Counted from the stretch's first letter, positions 39,936-53,689 are shown. The stretch: 64,000 bases of DNA from Marsupella aquatica (GCA_973895155.1 OZ316892.1:11472238-11536237), one strand, 5' to 3'. Numbers and translations are program-made. Notes: generated from the letters alone by a model not told the origin.

Positions 39936-40248
39936 CTAGTACGGGGTCTCAAATATGGGGTCGTCATGTGTGTTCCCGGGAGGTTACTTTTGCCCGTGAG
40001 GTGCCCTGCGGGCAAGTATAACGGGGGAAGGAATCTTTGTCACCACAATTTTTTTACGCCCATAATGTGAGACTCTGGGGTGGCTAAAGTGACTATGGGA
40101 GTCTGTCCCCAGGTGTTTCCGAAATGCCGCGGTCAGAGTGTGTGGGCTAGCCTAAGGGTCTCCCGCACATTTTCAGGCCATGTCCACCCAAACCTAACTC
40201 GGGTGGCTACAAAACTCTCCCGGCCCGATATTTGAGTCCCCCTAGTAG
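39936..40248. mobile_element. MITE-like element with ~28-bp imperfect terminal inverted repeats
   Basis: The left end CTAGTACGGGGTCTCAAATATGGGGTCG matches the reverse complement of the right end, CTACTAGGGGGACTCAAATATCGGGCCG. No clear TSD. Confidence 0.55.
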
Positions 40249-40959
40249 ACCCGTGCAAATGATTTTAGAGTTTAAGTGGTTTTTGGAAAGGTAACATTAC
40301 CAAGTCTATTCTATAACTAGCCCTACTAAGGTAATGACCCTTTCTTTGAATGTAAATAATAGAGATAAGGACAAAACAGACATTGCATTTTTTTCCCTAC
40401 TATTTACCTTCATTAATGACTTTAATCAGCCTGCACTTCCATTTTATGCCCACAAAGTCACAGCCTAGAGGCCTCACTCTAAGGCTGGCCTTGAGAGTAG
40501 TTTTTGATTGCAATTATATATTTATAGATGCCCATTGTTATACACTATTGTCAATAGTAAGTACTGTTGGGCAGAAGTGTCTTGGAGCATAAATGAGGTA
40601 GTCAGGCCGTTGTAAGCTTCGGGGAACAAAGATTTTTACACAAATATTCTATGTTAGTTCCTGCAAAGCCAGCTTGAGAGAGACCCTCACTTGTTACTTT
40701 TGATATTGATATTGAGGATTACATATATTTATTTCAAGTTCACTTGACCTATATATCAATTTGTATTTGTTTATGGTTTTCTCCCCAAATGTTCTAGAAG
40801 CTGGATACTTTCAAAAACACTCCCTCATATATTAGTCAGTTCTAGCCCAAATCTGAAGAGGATATTAATAGATCAGCCCACTCAACCAGTAAACCCAGCG
40901 TCCACAGCATGCCTATTCCATAATAGTTTCAACATGTCTCTAATGTGAATATCATTGTT

Positions 40960-41400
40960 TATCCAATCTTTTAGGTCAACAAGAGTGATCTAGTGTCATA
41001 GAAAAGATATCAAATAAACACAAAAATATACAGTAATCCACTTTGCAACCAACATGATCCAGCATTTATTTTGTAGTGTTTTTAGGGAATATGATTGTAT
41101 ATCCAATCTTTTAGGTCAACAAGAGTGATCTAGTGTCATAGAAAAGATATCAAATAAACAGAGAAATGTACAGTAATCCACTTTGCAACCAACATGCACC
41201 AACATGATCCAGTATTTAATCTTGTAGTGTTATCAGGGAATATGATTGTATATCCAATCTTTTAGGGTCAATAAGAGTGATCTAGTGTCAGAAAATTGAT
41301 ATCAAACGAGTATCAAACAAATGTAAAAATTTACACTAATTCATTTTGCATCCAATAGGCACCAAAATGATCAGGCTAAATTACTTTCGTAGTGTAGTTA
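40960..41400. repeat. ~140-150-bp tandem repeat, 3 copies
   Basis: TATCCAATCTTTTAGGTCAACAAGAGTGATCTAGTGTCA starts at 40960, 41100 and 41251. Confidence 0.88.
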
Positions 41401-41544
41401 CATAAGTAATCATTATAATAAGTTGCGTGATCCAATATTCCAAATATTCCAAAAAGGCTAGAACTTGCAAATGCTTCAGTAGATGTAAGCTACTGAAGCT
41501 TTCAAGACTAACATTGTGCTCCATGTTTTAACAGTCAATCACTT

Positions 41545-41765
41545 GAATTTTATTCAGCTAGCCTGAATGCACGAGCCTTTGTAGGGGAAGGGCTCCTCAT
41601 ACCCAAACTCCCCATGTCCATCCTTACTCACAATAATAGGCTAAATATCAAATTTTCTGCTACCTAAGAAATTATGGCCTGCAGCTTCACTCTATGGAGT
41701 GGGTCACGAACCCTGGCCTTCAATTGTGAATTAAAGTGTAGATGACCAGTTTCACTAGTCCTTGG
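41545..41765 (-). mobile_element. Candidate tRNA-derived SINE
   Basis: The minus strand has an A-box-like TAGTGAAACTGG (41757-41746) and a B-box-like GGTTCGTGACCC (41712-41701) with tRNA-like spacing. Body segment 41587-41632 matches 52955-53000 in the opposite orientation, and the end is A-rich. Confidence 0.4.
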
Positions 41766-42246
41766 ATGGTTGTTTTGAGGAGGTCTGGCACACAACCATT
41801 ATGGGATGGATTTGCTACTTAGAGTTTACCTTGAAGAGTCACACCGTTTCCTTCAATGTTGTTGGACTGTTGTACCAAATTAGTAGCCCAACAATTTCAT
41901 TCATATTCCTTATCATGAGAATATCAAAGAGAGGGTTTGAGTATAAACTTCTTATAAGCTTCTTACCATAGAATAAGAGAGCACATAGATAGATTTCTTT
42001 GTTCAAGTTTTCTCCCCTCTTTTTGTCAAATACACATTTAAGTCTAACCATAATTGCACATTCATTGAAAAAAGTCCTTCTTAGTCTTTTAAAATTTCTA
42101 GCTATAGACTACAATTAACAATCATCTTCTCCTTCATGACTCTCTTTGTATGGTTGTTTTGGGCATATAAGGAACCTTGAGTGCTCCATGATTCCTGAGT
42201 GAATCCTCTTTGACAGTCAACAAACAATCAGTGTTTGGTGGCAACA

Positions 42247-44324
42247 ATGCCCCGCCCTAGCCGGAAGGCTCAACCAAAGTATGGATTTTTTAATCTCCCT
42301 TCGGACGAGGCATTGGGATACCCCCGGTTCAGTAGCTTTGAGCAGAGGGAAACCTACATCAGAAACAATGTTCCCAAGGAATGTTTGGATAGCTTTAACC
42401 AGATAGTGGCTGCTGATCATGAAAATCAAGCTACTCACATCCTCGAAGAGATAAATGAAGTGGAAGAATACTTTGACATGGAACACAGTCAACGGTTTTT
42501 GGATGACACCAAGCGATTCAAAGCTCTCATGCAAGCTGCAAATAAGCAATATCAAGATGAACAAGATCGTGCTAGTAGTATAAAATTAGATAAGCCGCTT
42601 CCTAAAGGGCCCCAAGAGCAAGTGGCAGAAACCAGGAAAGATCTCAGCCCAAACATTGTGAGTGCCATTGATGAAGATCTAGATTCTATAGACACAGATG
42701 TAATGTCGGGAGGGCTTCAGGTGCCACTCTCCTCGAACTCAGCCATGGATCCATTAAATTGTAATTTGCCCTCTACATTGCCTGAAAGGCACAAACCTGG
42801 AACAAATCAAGTGGATCAACAAGACAAGGGTGGTAGTAGCTCCTCAAGAACTTCTACTATACATGACAAAAGTCCCACAAGTACCTCCAAAAGCAAAAGT
42901 ACCTCCAAAAGCAAAAGGCCAAACAAGTACCTTGAACATTCTAGGGATGAAAACACTTTTCAGCAGCTGCCACTCAAAAGTCTGACACATCCAAAGAAGA
43001 AGTTGAAGATATCTAGCTCACCTGTCATGGAACAGCAAGATCACTTGAAACTACTCGAGACAGTATTTGTGGGGGAGACAACCTCCCAGTTTGTTCCTGT
43101 GAGGGGAGATTTAATTGTTGTTCACCCTGATAGGGGAAAGGAGTTGATGTCAAAAGGTTACTTGACTTCCTATGAGGGGCCCAACACCCACAAATTTGAA
43201 CATGGGGAACTTGTGGTTCGAATAGGATACTTTGTACAGGTGAGAGCTTCTTGAAAGTTTCTAAATCTAAGAGATATGGGCACAACCAAAGATGTCACAC
43301 AACAATAATTCCTTCATTGTTTAACTTCTCAATCATACATACTTATAGAGGTTGATCTGAAGAGTGCCCATGTTGTATAATTGAGGTTTTCACTCTTTAG
43401 AATTAAGTTAATTGATTGTACAAGTCTTAACATCATTACTCACAGGGGTTGAAATTAAACCTAAACCTGGATTTTGGGGATTGAGACAGCGAACCTTAGA
43501 AAGGACTAAACTTTTGCAGAATTTTTGAAAGAGGTCTTCATGGAGGAAATACTCTAATCATACACATCTAATTTGCATTGCTGCTATCTTGTCTTCACAA
43601 ACTTGCTCCAACCTGACAAGATGGGATTTTGTTTTTTATTTATGCATTTGTGTAGGTAGAGCAAAGAAAGTATCTTCATCAACCTTACAAAAATCTGGAG
43701 CTTTACTCCTACAATAGAGAAGGAGATTGGAGATATTTGGGCAGAGAATTGGAGATGACGGATACTCAGATTCCTATAGATGATAGCCCAGGAAAGCACT
43801 TGCAGGTAGGTTCCATGGTAACCTCATCTTCCCAGTTTGACTCTATCATACCCAGGAGAGGAGATGTGATTCTCAAAGGATCTGCATGGATAGAGAACTT
43901 TTCTCATCGAGAAAACTTTCGACGCTCTGTGGTGAAGTGGCACAAGGGGAGGCCAGTCAAATGGGAACCAGAGGACATGCTTCTTCGTCTTTTTGTTGAT
44001 AAAGGGATGGATGCTAACACTCAACCATTTGTATATTCAAAACCAGTACCACCTCCAGATCCAGGAGATCATTCTGATTGTACTCCACACGGACCTTGCG
44101 AAGAAGTGCACACCCCTCCATCTCCCGGGTTTGCTGAGCTGTACCGTATAGAGGGACTAGAGTTGAAGGACATGAGTTGGGTGTTTTGGGGCAGAACAAA
44201 ACACATCTATGACACACCTCACCTTAAACTAGATCCACTCTACTTGCGGTTATATGCATTTGATGAGGATGAAGAGAGTGACCTAAGTTTTGAATCTCAC
44301 AGCCCAAAGGCAACCAAAAATTAG
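42247..44324 (+). CDS. Hypothetical protein (~553 aa), two exons, with an internally duplicated C-terminal domain
   Basis: Exon 42247-43239 ends CAG|GTGAG. The acceptor TTTGTGTAG at 43655 restores phase 0 into the ORF ending at 44324. Both frames are long and open in an otherwise stop-rich region. A possible further upstream exon is suggested by an in-frame acceptor at 42216. Confidence 0.65.
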
Positions 44325-47300
44325 TCTCAGCACACCACATTGTTCTGTTGAATGCATTTAACTCATGTTGTAGATGTTTAGAATGAAGTCAAAACTTTGG
44401 GTTATAATCTTAAGAAGGGTTTTTGGAGAAAGTAGTCACTTGCAATGAGATTTAATTAATGTAAATTATCAGGATCTAATTATATGTAGTGTGTTGAATC
44501 AATCAAAACTGCTGACCTTGTTGGTCATGTGGGAGCACACTCAAAGTCAATTTCAGATCTTTATGAAACATTCTTAGACTAGAGTTAGATAGAAATGCAT
44601 CCAGAATAGACAGAGCTTCAGGCCTTCTTCTAGTTTGAACCAAGTTGGCAGGGTTTCAAATGACTCATACTTAAGTCTTGGTGGTCCCATCTGTATAACC
44701 AGGGTAAGAAACAGGGCAAAAGTAGGATTGCATTTCATCCTCCTAAACATAGCTAAGGCATAACATCTCAAAGCCAAGGCAAACAAGGATCTCTGATGAT
44801 GACTATGACATACAAATGATGAGGCAGCTTAGGGCATTTCAAAAATTGATCTCTAACATGGAAATGCTATCTTTTGGGGGTCTTGGGGATGCTTTGTAAG
44901 TAGAGTCAGTCATTTCTGTAGAGGGAATGTCATGCATTGGAATTTGTTTTTGTCCATTCCTGCCATCAATTATAACTTTTCAGTTTTTGGACCATGAATG
45001 TTTCAAGGATAATTGAGAATTACCTATGCACATCAACACACCTGCACCAAATGACCCACAAACAAAGTTGCAATTTGGGAGATTTGTTAGATGTCCTTTC
45101 CAGATCTTTGTTATAAGCTGACTATCAGATAAGCCAGCTCGATCATCTATTCCAACACGCTTTCATGCAATTTCAATGACTATTATAATCAGGTGTAGGT
45201 GTACGTAGAAGCAGCCTGAGGAAGGAAGGTCACCAAGTATTGCCGCACTTGGTTGCACCCTGACAATCAATCTGAGGGATAAACTGTTTACTTAGAGTAA
45301 GATGAGGGTCGAACAACTGCATATAGCTAGCCATTGGACTTGTAGGCGTGTCTGGGTAACCTTGGCCCTACAACATTAGCCTTCAAATATCATATTCCCA
45401 GAGCATTTTGATACTTGGAAAAAACTTGAGAGAATGTATTTGAGGCCCTAGTGTCTTGTGCATAGCTATAGATCATTGGTTGCAGTCATTTACTTGAAGC
45501 CAAGATTGATAGTTACAAAGCCCTTAGTGATGTGACCTGAAATCAAACAGACACCAACAAAATGGCTACAAAAAGTTGTAAGGGGGGTCACCTTGGACAC
45601 GTGGAGGGATCTATGGTACTAGTGAGATCCAAAAGTGGTGAGTGGATGTGTGCAACTTTAGTATATGGCAAAGGGCCACCTAGACAATATTCACATGATC
45701 AAAATAGTGTTTCTAGGAGCTCCTAGACCAATTAAAAGTGGAGAACAAAAGCCATGAGTATTATCATAATAGGAAAGGATCACAAAGACAAAGTCAGGAT
45801 ACACACCTGGCTCATGAAGTAGTTTTTCATATTCAAAGTTACTCATCATGAAAAAAGGAGAGTTCCATGACTGCAAAAGAAAGCAATCATGTGACAAACC
45901 CTGAAGCCATGGTTTGAAGGCATGACAAATTGCTCTCCCTTTCGGATCACTTGAAATTGTGGCAAAATTCATTGGGGTAAAACAAAAGGAAAACATCTGA
46001 TAGAACCTCCACCCTTGACAAAAGCTATCTGGAAACATTGTGCATCTTTTGATGAGTCTATTGAAATAATTATGAGTCAAAATTTTGAACCCTGTGAGCC
46101 ACAAAAGTGGCATTTTAACTTAGGTTAAACTTTTCAAAACCTACCTACTGTCAATGTCTGTCGGTAAAGGTTTTAGGGTGTATTTTGATTTCAAAACTTT
46201 CATGCAAGGTGCATTGTGTGTCTTTTCAAAAATCACATACGAGTCGTCCATGGTTAGACTTGTTTATGAATAGGAGCAATACTTTGGAAATTTGTTGGTC
46301 AAATCCTCCACACAAACTCTCTTCTGAGACTGGTGAGGCCATGTTTTGTGTTCCGAGAAGGGCATGGGAAAGTAAACGCAAATTGTAATCAGGTAGGATA
46401 CAAGGGGGCTCTACTCCCATCCCGGGAGAGGAGCATCACTTTTCTCCATGACACTATTTGATGTCCGTACGCAGATAGGAATTTGATTAGCCTGATATCC
46501 ACTCGATTCGCTTTTTTAGTTTTTCCCAGAACGCTGTCTAGAACACTTTCGAGAGAACATCAATTTAAATATACACAATCGAAAACAATCAACATCGAGT
46601 GCTTTGATAGAAACTGTGTGCTTGTTTTGTTGTGGTAATGATCAACCTGTCCAAAATATGCACGAGACACGTAGGGTTGGTCTGCTGCATGGTAGTTGGA
46701 GATCGCACGGCCTGCAAATTAAATCACCACAATTGAGTTTTGAATGGGTGCCAAGCAAAGAAATATTGAAGACGGTCTGCGCGATGGCTTAGAAATTGAG
46801 ATAACCATGGAAAATAGTGCAAAGCTAGGGGACATGGCGGACACTGTGGGGGAACACATGAACAGCAGTAATGCAATGGGAAAGTTGGAGTGATCCAAAT
46901 CCCGAGTGCCCCATTCCGGAGATGTATGTTAGCAAGCTTCACAAATAAAATACTTGACTTTGATGTTTTCTAAGATCAGGGGATGACAGAGCTCTTGATG
47001 TTTTCAAAGCATACAGAGTACCGTTAGAAAGATCCGTATCAAGTGAATTTAGAATTCAAGCGAAAGTTGGCTGCAGAATTCCTCAATCATTGAATAAGAC
47101 AAAACAGAGCAGCTCACAATTCATACACATCTTGCCGACTTTCTTGGAGTGCAGGGGGCAACAATTCTGTAGAAGCCCAGCTTGTCAACAAATAGTCAAC
47201 GGACCCGGGCAAAGCCCATTGAGTCCAGCGAGCATACACATGACTCGATAGGAGAAACTATACTCTCTGCTTCACTTCACGCAATATTTTCAAATGAAGT

Positions 47301-47552
47301 GGGACAATAACGCCACAGTACTGTACTTGCTCGTTGCAGAGAGAAACGGCAGCCTTTATTGATTGCACGCCAACTCCTTCAGACTCCTGGAGAAATTTTC
47401 CGCAGTTCGTAATTCCGAATGCTTCTGGTCTTCCTTAGATCCATGCTTTACGACATTGAAAGGTTTCATCCCTTCCTCAATCAAAACACGTAGAGGAAGG
47501 TGAAACAAATTTACACCGGTTTGACATTAGATTCTATAAAAATTGAGACTCC

Positions 47553-49865
47553 TCAATCAGGCCTTGTCTCAACACTAACTTCAAAATGGTGCCGCTTTAT
47601 AGCTCCTACTTGAGTGTTGCACTTCAAGCAATGAAATGAGGAGTTGGAAATGCATCTGGTCCGTAAACAGAAATAACAATAAAGATGCCCGCAGGGGACA
47701 GTAGTGTAGGGTACAATTACAGGGAATGCCTCACAAATTGGACAAGCACCCTCCCTAAGGTTGAGAGCAGTTTGCCCACTTGAAAACGGGGCCAGTATCT
47801 TCTTGATGGATATCATTTTCAGCAGAGGTAACATTAGCAAGAGGAGTTCCTGCAGAGCATCAATCAGGTGCTTCGAATTAGTACAGATCTTTATGCAGTG
47901 AGAGATTCTGTCCTTGATGGTGCTTATCCAAACCCAATCCCAAATTCAAGGAAACATATATACGATGACTTGACTTATCGGAGAGTAAATGTCCACATAC
48001 TGAAAATTCGTGCCAGACAAGTTGACGGTTCATGTATTCGAAGCTAATAAGTCTATTAAGTCTGGGTCCCCCAAAAATAAGGCGTGCTTTTATGGCCCGC
48101 TCAATAATAGTTCGATACCTGCCACATTCAATACATAGTTAGACATCCCCTTCTTTGGACCAAACGTATCTGTCAGATATTGTAGTAGCAAGAACCCAAG
48201 ACAGGCCAGAGATATTGTGGCATATGACCGAAAGAGATATCACAAAATGGATGCTTTTACAGGCGAAAATTTTGATAACAGGACTGCCAATTTCCGGAAG
48301 GCAGAACAAGTTGGGGATGAGAGGCTAACCTTCCAGTGTAGAGGAAAACTAAAAGATTTAGCAAATCAGCCACCTTATACACTCCCTCAGACTTCTGGAG
48401 AAGTGCCCAAATTCTTCGAGGCCAAGAGTTCTGTCACAATTGACATAAATCATCAATATAATCTTTCTTAATAACTCTTATTGCACCTGAGGAGTCCCAA
48501 AGGAGGAAACATGTGCATAATTCCAAGTGCATTGTTCACGACTTGGCTGAAGTGAATTTAATTTAGGTACAAAGGTTTCGATAGCGAGGGTAAAGTTTCC
48601 AACAGCATCATACCCGCTCATTATGTCCCCAACGTTGGAAAGGTGAAAGCAATTGAAGACGGCTCCATCCATAATTCCCACCGACCATGGCCACGCAGTA
48701 ACAAAGCTTTTGAAACTTAGTTAGCCCTTCCCCCTCCAACCCTGTCCTGGCTAAAGCCCAGTAAGCAGATTCACAGAACAACTCAATTAGTCACTGTAGA
48801 ACAGCTGAGTCTGCGGTTAATTGACCTAAAAATCAAGATCAGCAACACTTTCCGTGCAAACAAAGCTGTTGACGTGTAATTATCAACTAATATATACGTA
48901 AGGCTGAAAGAACTCATTGCCAGAATGGGACTACGTAAAAGCCCCCGACCGAATCCTACCTCTTCCGGCAGCTACAATGGCGTCATAGGATCTCTCATTG
49001 CGATAGCGAAGATCCATCAGCGCATTCCCTGGAGTTGGGCGATCGACCCATATTGATAATCTCCAAATCAACAAATCTAGAAACGCGTTTAGCTCTGGTT
49101 CGTAGCGCAAGAGTAGACCTGACTGCATACAACTACGGCCTTGTAAGAAAGTTCGTCACCGGGTCACTCGATAATTAGAGGTTGCGAAGAACAAGCCATA
49201 TTGTCCACAGGACAAAGAATCTAAAGGGGAACTCAGTTTATCAAACTAATTTCATTTCCCGGAGTGGCCTTAGAACGACATCAGATCCAAAACCCTAATC
49301 CCCAATCCCACTAGAACTTGCTAGACGACCCAATACATCTAGGAAGGAGAAAGCATGAAAATGGCCATACTGATCATAGTTCATTAAGTGCTTTCAAAGT
49401 AGCAATTCAACCTTGGAGATTCTGCGCAATTTGTGGTACAAAATCCATGACAAGACGTCTAAACAATCAGCATCGTTTGAAAACCGCATGCTTCTTCGTC
49501 AGCGCAAAAATACTTACTTGCGCTAAGGAGAACACTTTCATCAGCTGCTCCTTCAACATGGCCTTCATCTCGACGTCAAGCCTTGCGGCATCCATCTGAT
49601 TGACTCGCAAAACAGCCACCGAGGGAGACCCCTGCACAAGGCACTCATCATCAGATTATGCGTTGATACCACATATCGCCCGACTCCCGACTCGGCGCAA
49701 TACCATGAACAATACAAGAATCCAGCACACCGAGTTCAACAGGACTACCTTCACCTTCAAGGAAAGCCGGAATTGTTCCAATTGCGGAGCCAGAGTCTGA
49801 TGAGTCTGCCTCCATGCATCTGCCGGTGGCGGTACAGCGGGAGCAGAATCGTCGAAATCCATCAT
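47553..49865 (-). CDS. PEX2: Peroxisome biogenesis RING peroxin PEX2; apparent 1-nt frameshift in exon 4 (sequence error or pseudogene)
   Basis: Exons 49865-49755 (alternative donor 49749), 49631-49518, 49122-48960, 48749-48614, 48430-48330, 48118-48001, 47849-47553. Motifs LRVNQMDAARLDVEM, PTPGNALMDLRY, RTGLEG, SFEYMNRQLVWHEFSE and a C3HC4 RING CPIC..PCGHLYCYFC..CLKC. Confidence 0.9.
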
Positions 49866-50349
49866 TCCTCCAGTTCTCGAAGGGGAGAATTCCTAGTAAC
49901 AGCCCCGCTTGCTCGCCAGCGACATCAAACAACCCCTCTCATAGGTTTTTCTACCCGAAAACTCCTGTTCGACCCATAGCTGCATGGCCTCGAACAGGCC
50001 CTCCTTCTCTGAAACGATTCATGTCCCAGAACCCCAAAAAGTTCGTCACACTTGTCGAATCAACGACCTTCGCACTATTTCACGCACAAACTCGTGGGTC
50101 CAAAGCTCTAATGGAATTCTACAGTTCTACAAGACTGTTTACAGGGTTAACATAAACTGCTCTCGACATTTGGCACACTGAGAAACATCGAATACGGCAA
50201 GAAAGATGCCTCGCATTTTGTATCTAGCGAGTCGTGCACGAGTTTACAGGTGAATCTCCGGCCTTTTCGTGCAAAGCTTCCCTAAGGATGAGGAGCCTTT
50301 TTGCTTACGAGGCGACCCCAACTACTGTAGGCTGCAATTATGTGTTTCA

Positions 50350-51385
50350 GTGCAGATTGCAAAGAAACAATCTGGAGATGTATTCGTCACTGAATGTCGT
50401 CAGCACTGTTTCTGTTTGGGCACTGTCTTCCTTTTTACTGGCAGGAGTCAGGTTTCACCTCAGGTTAAAAGTTAGAGCACTCCTCATTCACAATTTGGTA
50501 AATCCATTCAGGGAGACGAGGCCTTGGATTGTCATTAAATTAATGACTTTCGCCCTGCCTAGAAAATCCGGAAAATGATAATGTTTTTTTTGTGTGTAAC
50601 TACAGTAGCTTTGTCTGAACCCCACTTTTGGGTGGGGTTAGTGTAACAAGTCGGGCGCCGCCTCCTAACTTGGGTGGCCTACCACCAGGCCAGAGCCTGC
50701 TGGATTAAGGCATAGACTCTTTCCTGGGTTTTAACTTGTTACTAACGTTCACACTTTGGGGGGCTGGTCAAGCGGGCAACTAGTAGGGAAGTCATAAATG
50801 ACTTTCCAGAGACTTGTAGCCCTGAATGTAAATCGTGAGTAGTGGGTTGCCTGATTGGATTTGCTTATGGTGACAACAAACTGCACCAGAGTGGCATCCT
50901 CACCAGATGCGCAACATGCAACATATAGGATTAAGGGCGTATGGTCTGCTTTACAAGATACAGGGTGACTGCATGTCAATCTACATATGCGGGGAGACAT
51001 ATGGAAGATGATATACTCGTAAAGGGTATATTATACATTTTATCGTACTTCCAGGTTTTGTGTTCACATATGGTTGGACCCGCTTACATTTCTGTTGTGT
51101 TTGCCTGACTTAACCTTGTATGGAGACCATATAACTTACAATGAGAAATTAAAACCTACACATGGAGAGGAGTAAGTGGCTAAGGACCATAAGAAGTGAA
51201 GGCATGACCTTGAAGTGTTTGAGTGCAGATTGCAGAACAATGTGGAGATGCATCACTCAGTGAATGTAGTCTGCACTCTATTCCTGTTTGGGCATTGCCT
51301 TCTTTTTGACTCGTATGAGTCAGGTTTGACCTCAGGTTAAAAGTTAGAGCATTCCCACCTGTCACCCGATTCACTTGGTAAATCG
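50350..51385. repeat. ~150-bp dispersed direct duplication upstream of PEX2
   Basis: GTGCAGATTGCA..AACAAT.TGGAGATG...CTGTTTGGGCA...GAGTCAGGTTT.ACCTCAGGTTAAAAGTTAGAGCA occurs at ~50350-50505 and ~51223-51385. Confidence 0.8.
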
Positions 51386-51879
51386 TGAGTAGCAAGTTGA
51401 ATGGGGGACCGGCTCATCTGAGGGTGCACCCCGAGCAGCATCCTCACCTGATGCGCAATGTGCAATGAACTCCAATGGTCTTCTGTCAATTTGCGACAAC
51501 CATCTAGGTGTCTTGCAATATGTCAATCCGTGCAGTCCTGAGTGTTTGGTGGGCGGTGCGCAACCTTGCACCCCAACTCATCAGTTCTGGTGTGTGGGAG
51601 ACAACTATTGGATGGCCAGGCTTCGGGATAAAAAACTTTCAGGGCTTGGTAAAGAATTAAATTTTAGTTTGCTGAGCCAATCACGCTGAAGTTGCACATT
51701 TCTTGCAACCAGTGGGAATAATCTTCTGTGGTGGTAATGAGATTAACATAAAAATAATTAAATAAAATCATTTTGGCGCTCAACACAAAATGTGACTTGA
51801 CAAAAATGGTGGGCCAAAGAAATGATGTGGAAATTCAATCCCAAACACAATAGGTTGAAAAGTTTGGATGAGGTGAAAT

Positions 51880-52117
51880 CTAGGGGTCTCACTTCCACCA
51901 AAACTGCTCATTATGTGCGACAAAGCATAAAGTTATTTTGTTGGTTCTAAGGAAATACTTTAACATTATTGTAGAAGAACTTTAGGGTTTTTTTTAATCC
52001 AATTTAGAGATATCTAGGAAAAGATGAAACTTTTGAAACCCAAATTGGATTATTCAAAGATCACACAAAGTCCATTCCTTCATAACATCACACATGCTAG
52101 GGGGTGAGACCCTAGAG
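51880..52117. mobile_element. MITE, diverged and shorter copy of the 35253-35544 family
   Basis: Ends are CTAGGGGTCTCACTTCCAC.AAAA ... GTGAGACCCTAGAG. The interior aligns with the copy at 63703. The TSD is degenerate (ggTGAAAT/caTGAAAT). Confidence 0.7.
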
Positions 52118-53689
52118 CATGAAATACCTGGGAAAATGGATTGTTTTTGTTGAAATTAACCTCAAACACATGTTTTGGCTAGGTATCAGCTATCTACTAG
52201 AAGACATGGAAGACATAAAATGAGAACTTTTTGGGTGCAAAAATTAAAATGGCCACCTGCAAGTTAAAGTAGCTTTTGGCCATAAAAGATTACCACTACT
52301 CTAGGTCAGTGATTAACATAGATAAGAGCATTCCCACATGTTGCCTTGATCACCTTGCCTGAGACTCCTTTAGTGAGAGGCTCTCACTAACAGGAAATTC
52401 CTACTGGCATGTCGAGTTAATAACACCCTCTTGGTCTGCCAGATTTGACTCCCACAGCCACATTTCTTAAGTCAGCTCAACTTGGACTTCCTGCCCATTC
52501 TTGCTATTCTCTCCGGGTGGCATTGATCCACCAATCTCAAGCACAACATTGCCATTTGCAGTAGTTTAGTGGACTACAAACAGACCTCAACAATATCATT
52601 TTGGGTGGGGATGTCATGTGGGTGCAGGCCGCCACTGACAACACTGGAAGCTGTATACCTAGCTGTTGATCCAGATGCTTGGTTGTGACCCAAAGGGATG
52701 CTCTAATATGTTCAATTTAAAAACTCACATTAGAGTCATTTGCAGTCAACAAAGGTTAAATGACCATGGTCCACTTTTACAACCTTGTGGATTTAGGTCA
52801 CCATAATTAGCGGGATAATTAGTAGTCAATAATCTATACTATTATCTTGATCAAAGTATAACATTCATGACCTACTCCTTGAAATGAACCCATAGGCCAC
52901 AAGTGTTTTGGTAACAAATTTTTTTAATATTTAGATTATGTTTGTGAGCGGGTTTGTGAGTAGGGACACGCATGGGGAGTCTGGGTACAAGGAGCCCTTC
53001 ATGAGCACATCCATGGTATTAGGTCTATAGTACATAACCACTTACACCTGGTTGATGACCAAACAGGTCATGTAGCATGTTCCATGAGCTCCTCTTTGGT
53101 CGGGGATATTAGAAAATGACTCAAGTTCTCGACTTTAGTTAGTTTGGCCTTACTAGGGTTAGTTAACCTTGGATTACTTTAGGATAAAATCCACTTAGAT
53201 TAGGCCCGCCCCCATGGGGGTATAGGTTGGAGGGAGAGCATTCTCTCCCTCATTCTTCCTATGTACTTTCTCATGAGCTATGGATCTTTCAAGAGTTTCT
53301 CCATCGTGATATCTTGTTGATGTAGTGTGAGATTGAGTGCTCTTATGTTCCGCATTACTATCGAGGCTGGAGCCGACTGTTTCTTACAAGAGATTTGTGG
53401 TTTTGTCCAATGAGACTCCTGTTGTTGTCTCCCTCTGTCACTCCCCCCCCCCCCAACTCATAGAGTCCTTTGAAATCAACTTACCTGGTTGACTCCATGC
53501 AACACTCAAATGCCTAGCCATTTGACTAATAAAGCACAATCAAAAGCTACTCCATTTCCATACTGACTAGAGGCCTCTAGACCATGACTCTAACTGAGAG
53601 CATAATTGAAAGTGAGAATGAAAACAAAAAACAGGGATATGACAAAATTGAATACAAAATAGCAGGGAATCCCTGTTTCTACAAGTTTT

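Noticed and set aside
44570-46130. Coding-looking stretches downstream of the orphan gene (e.g. KYCRTWLHPD)
   Set aside because: The frames I read are interrupted by stops, and I could not assign a family from the sequence alone.
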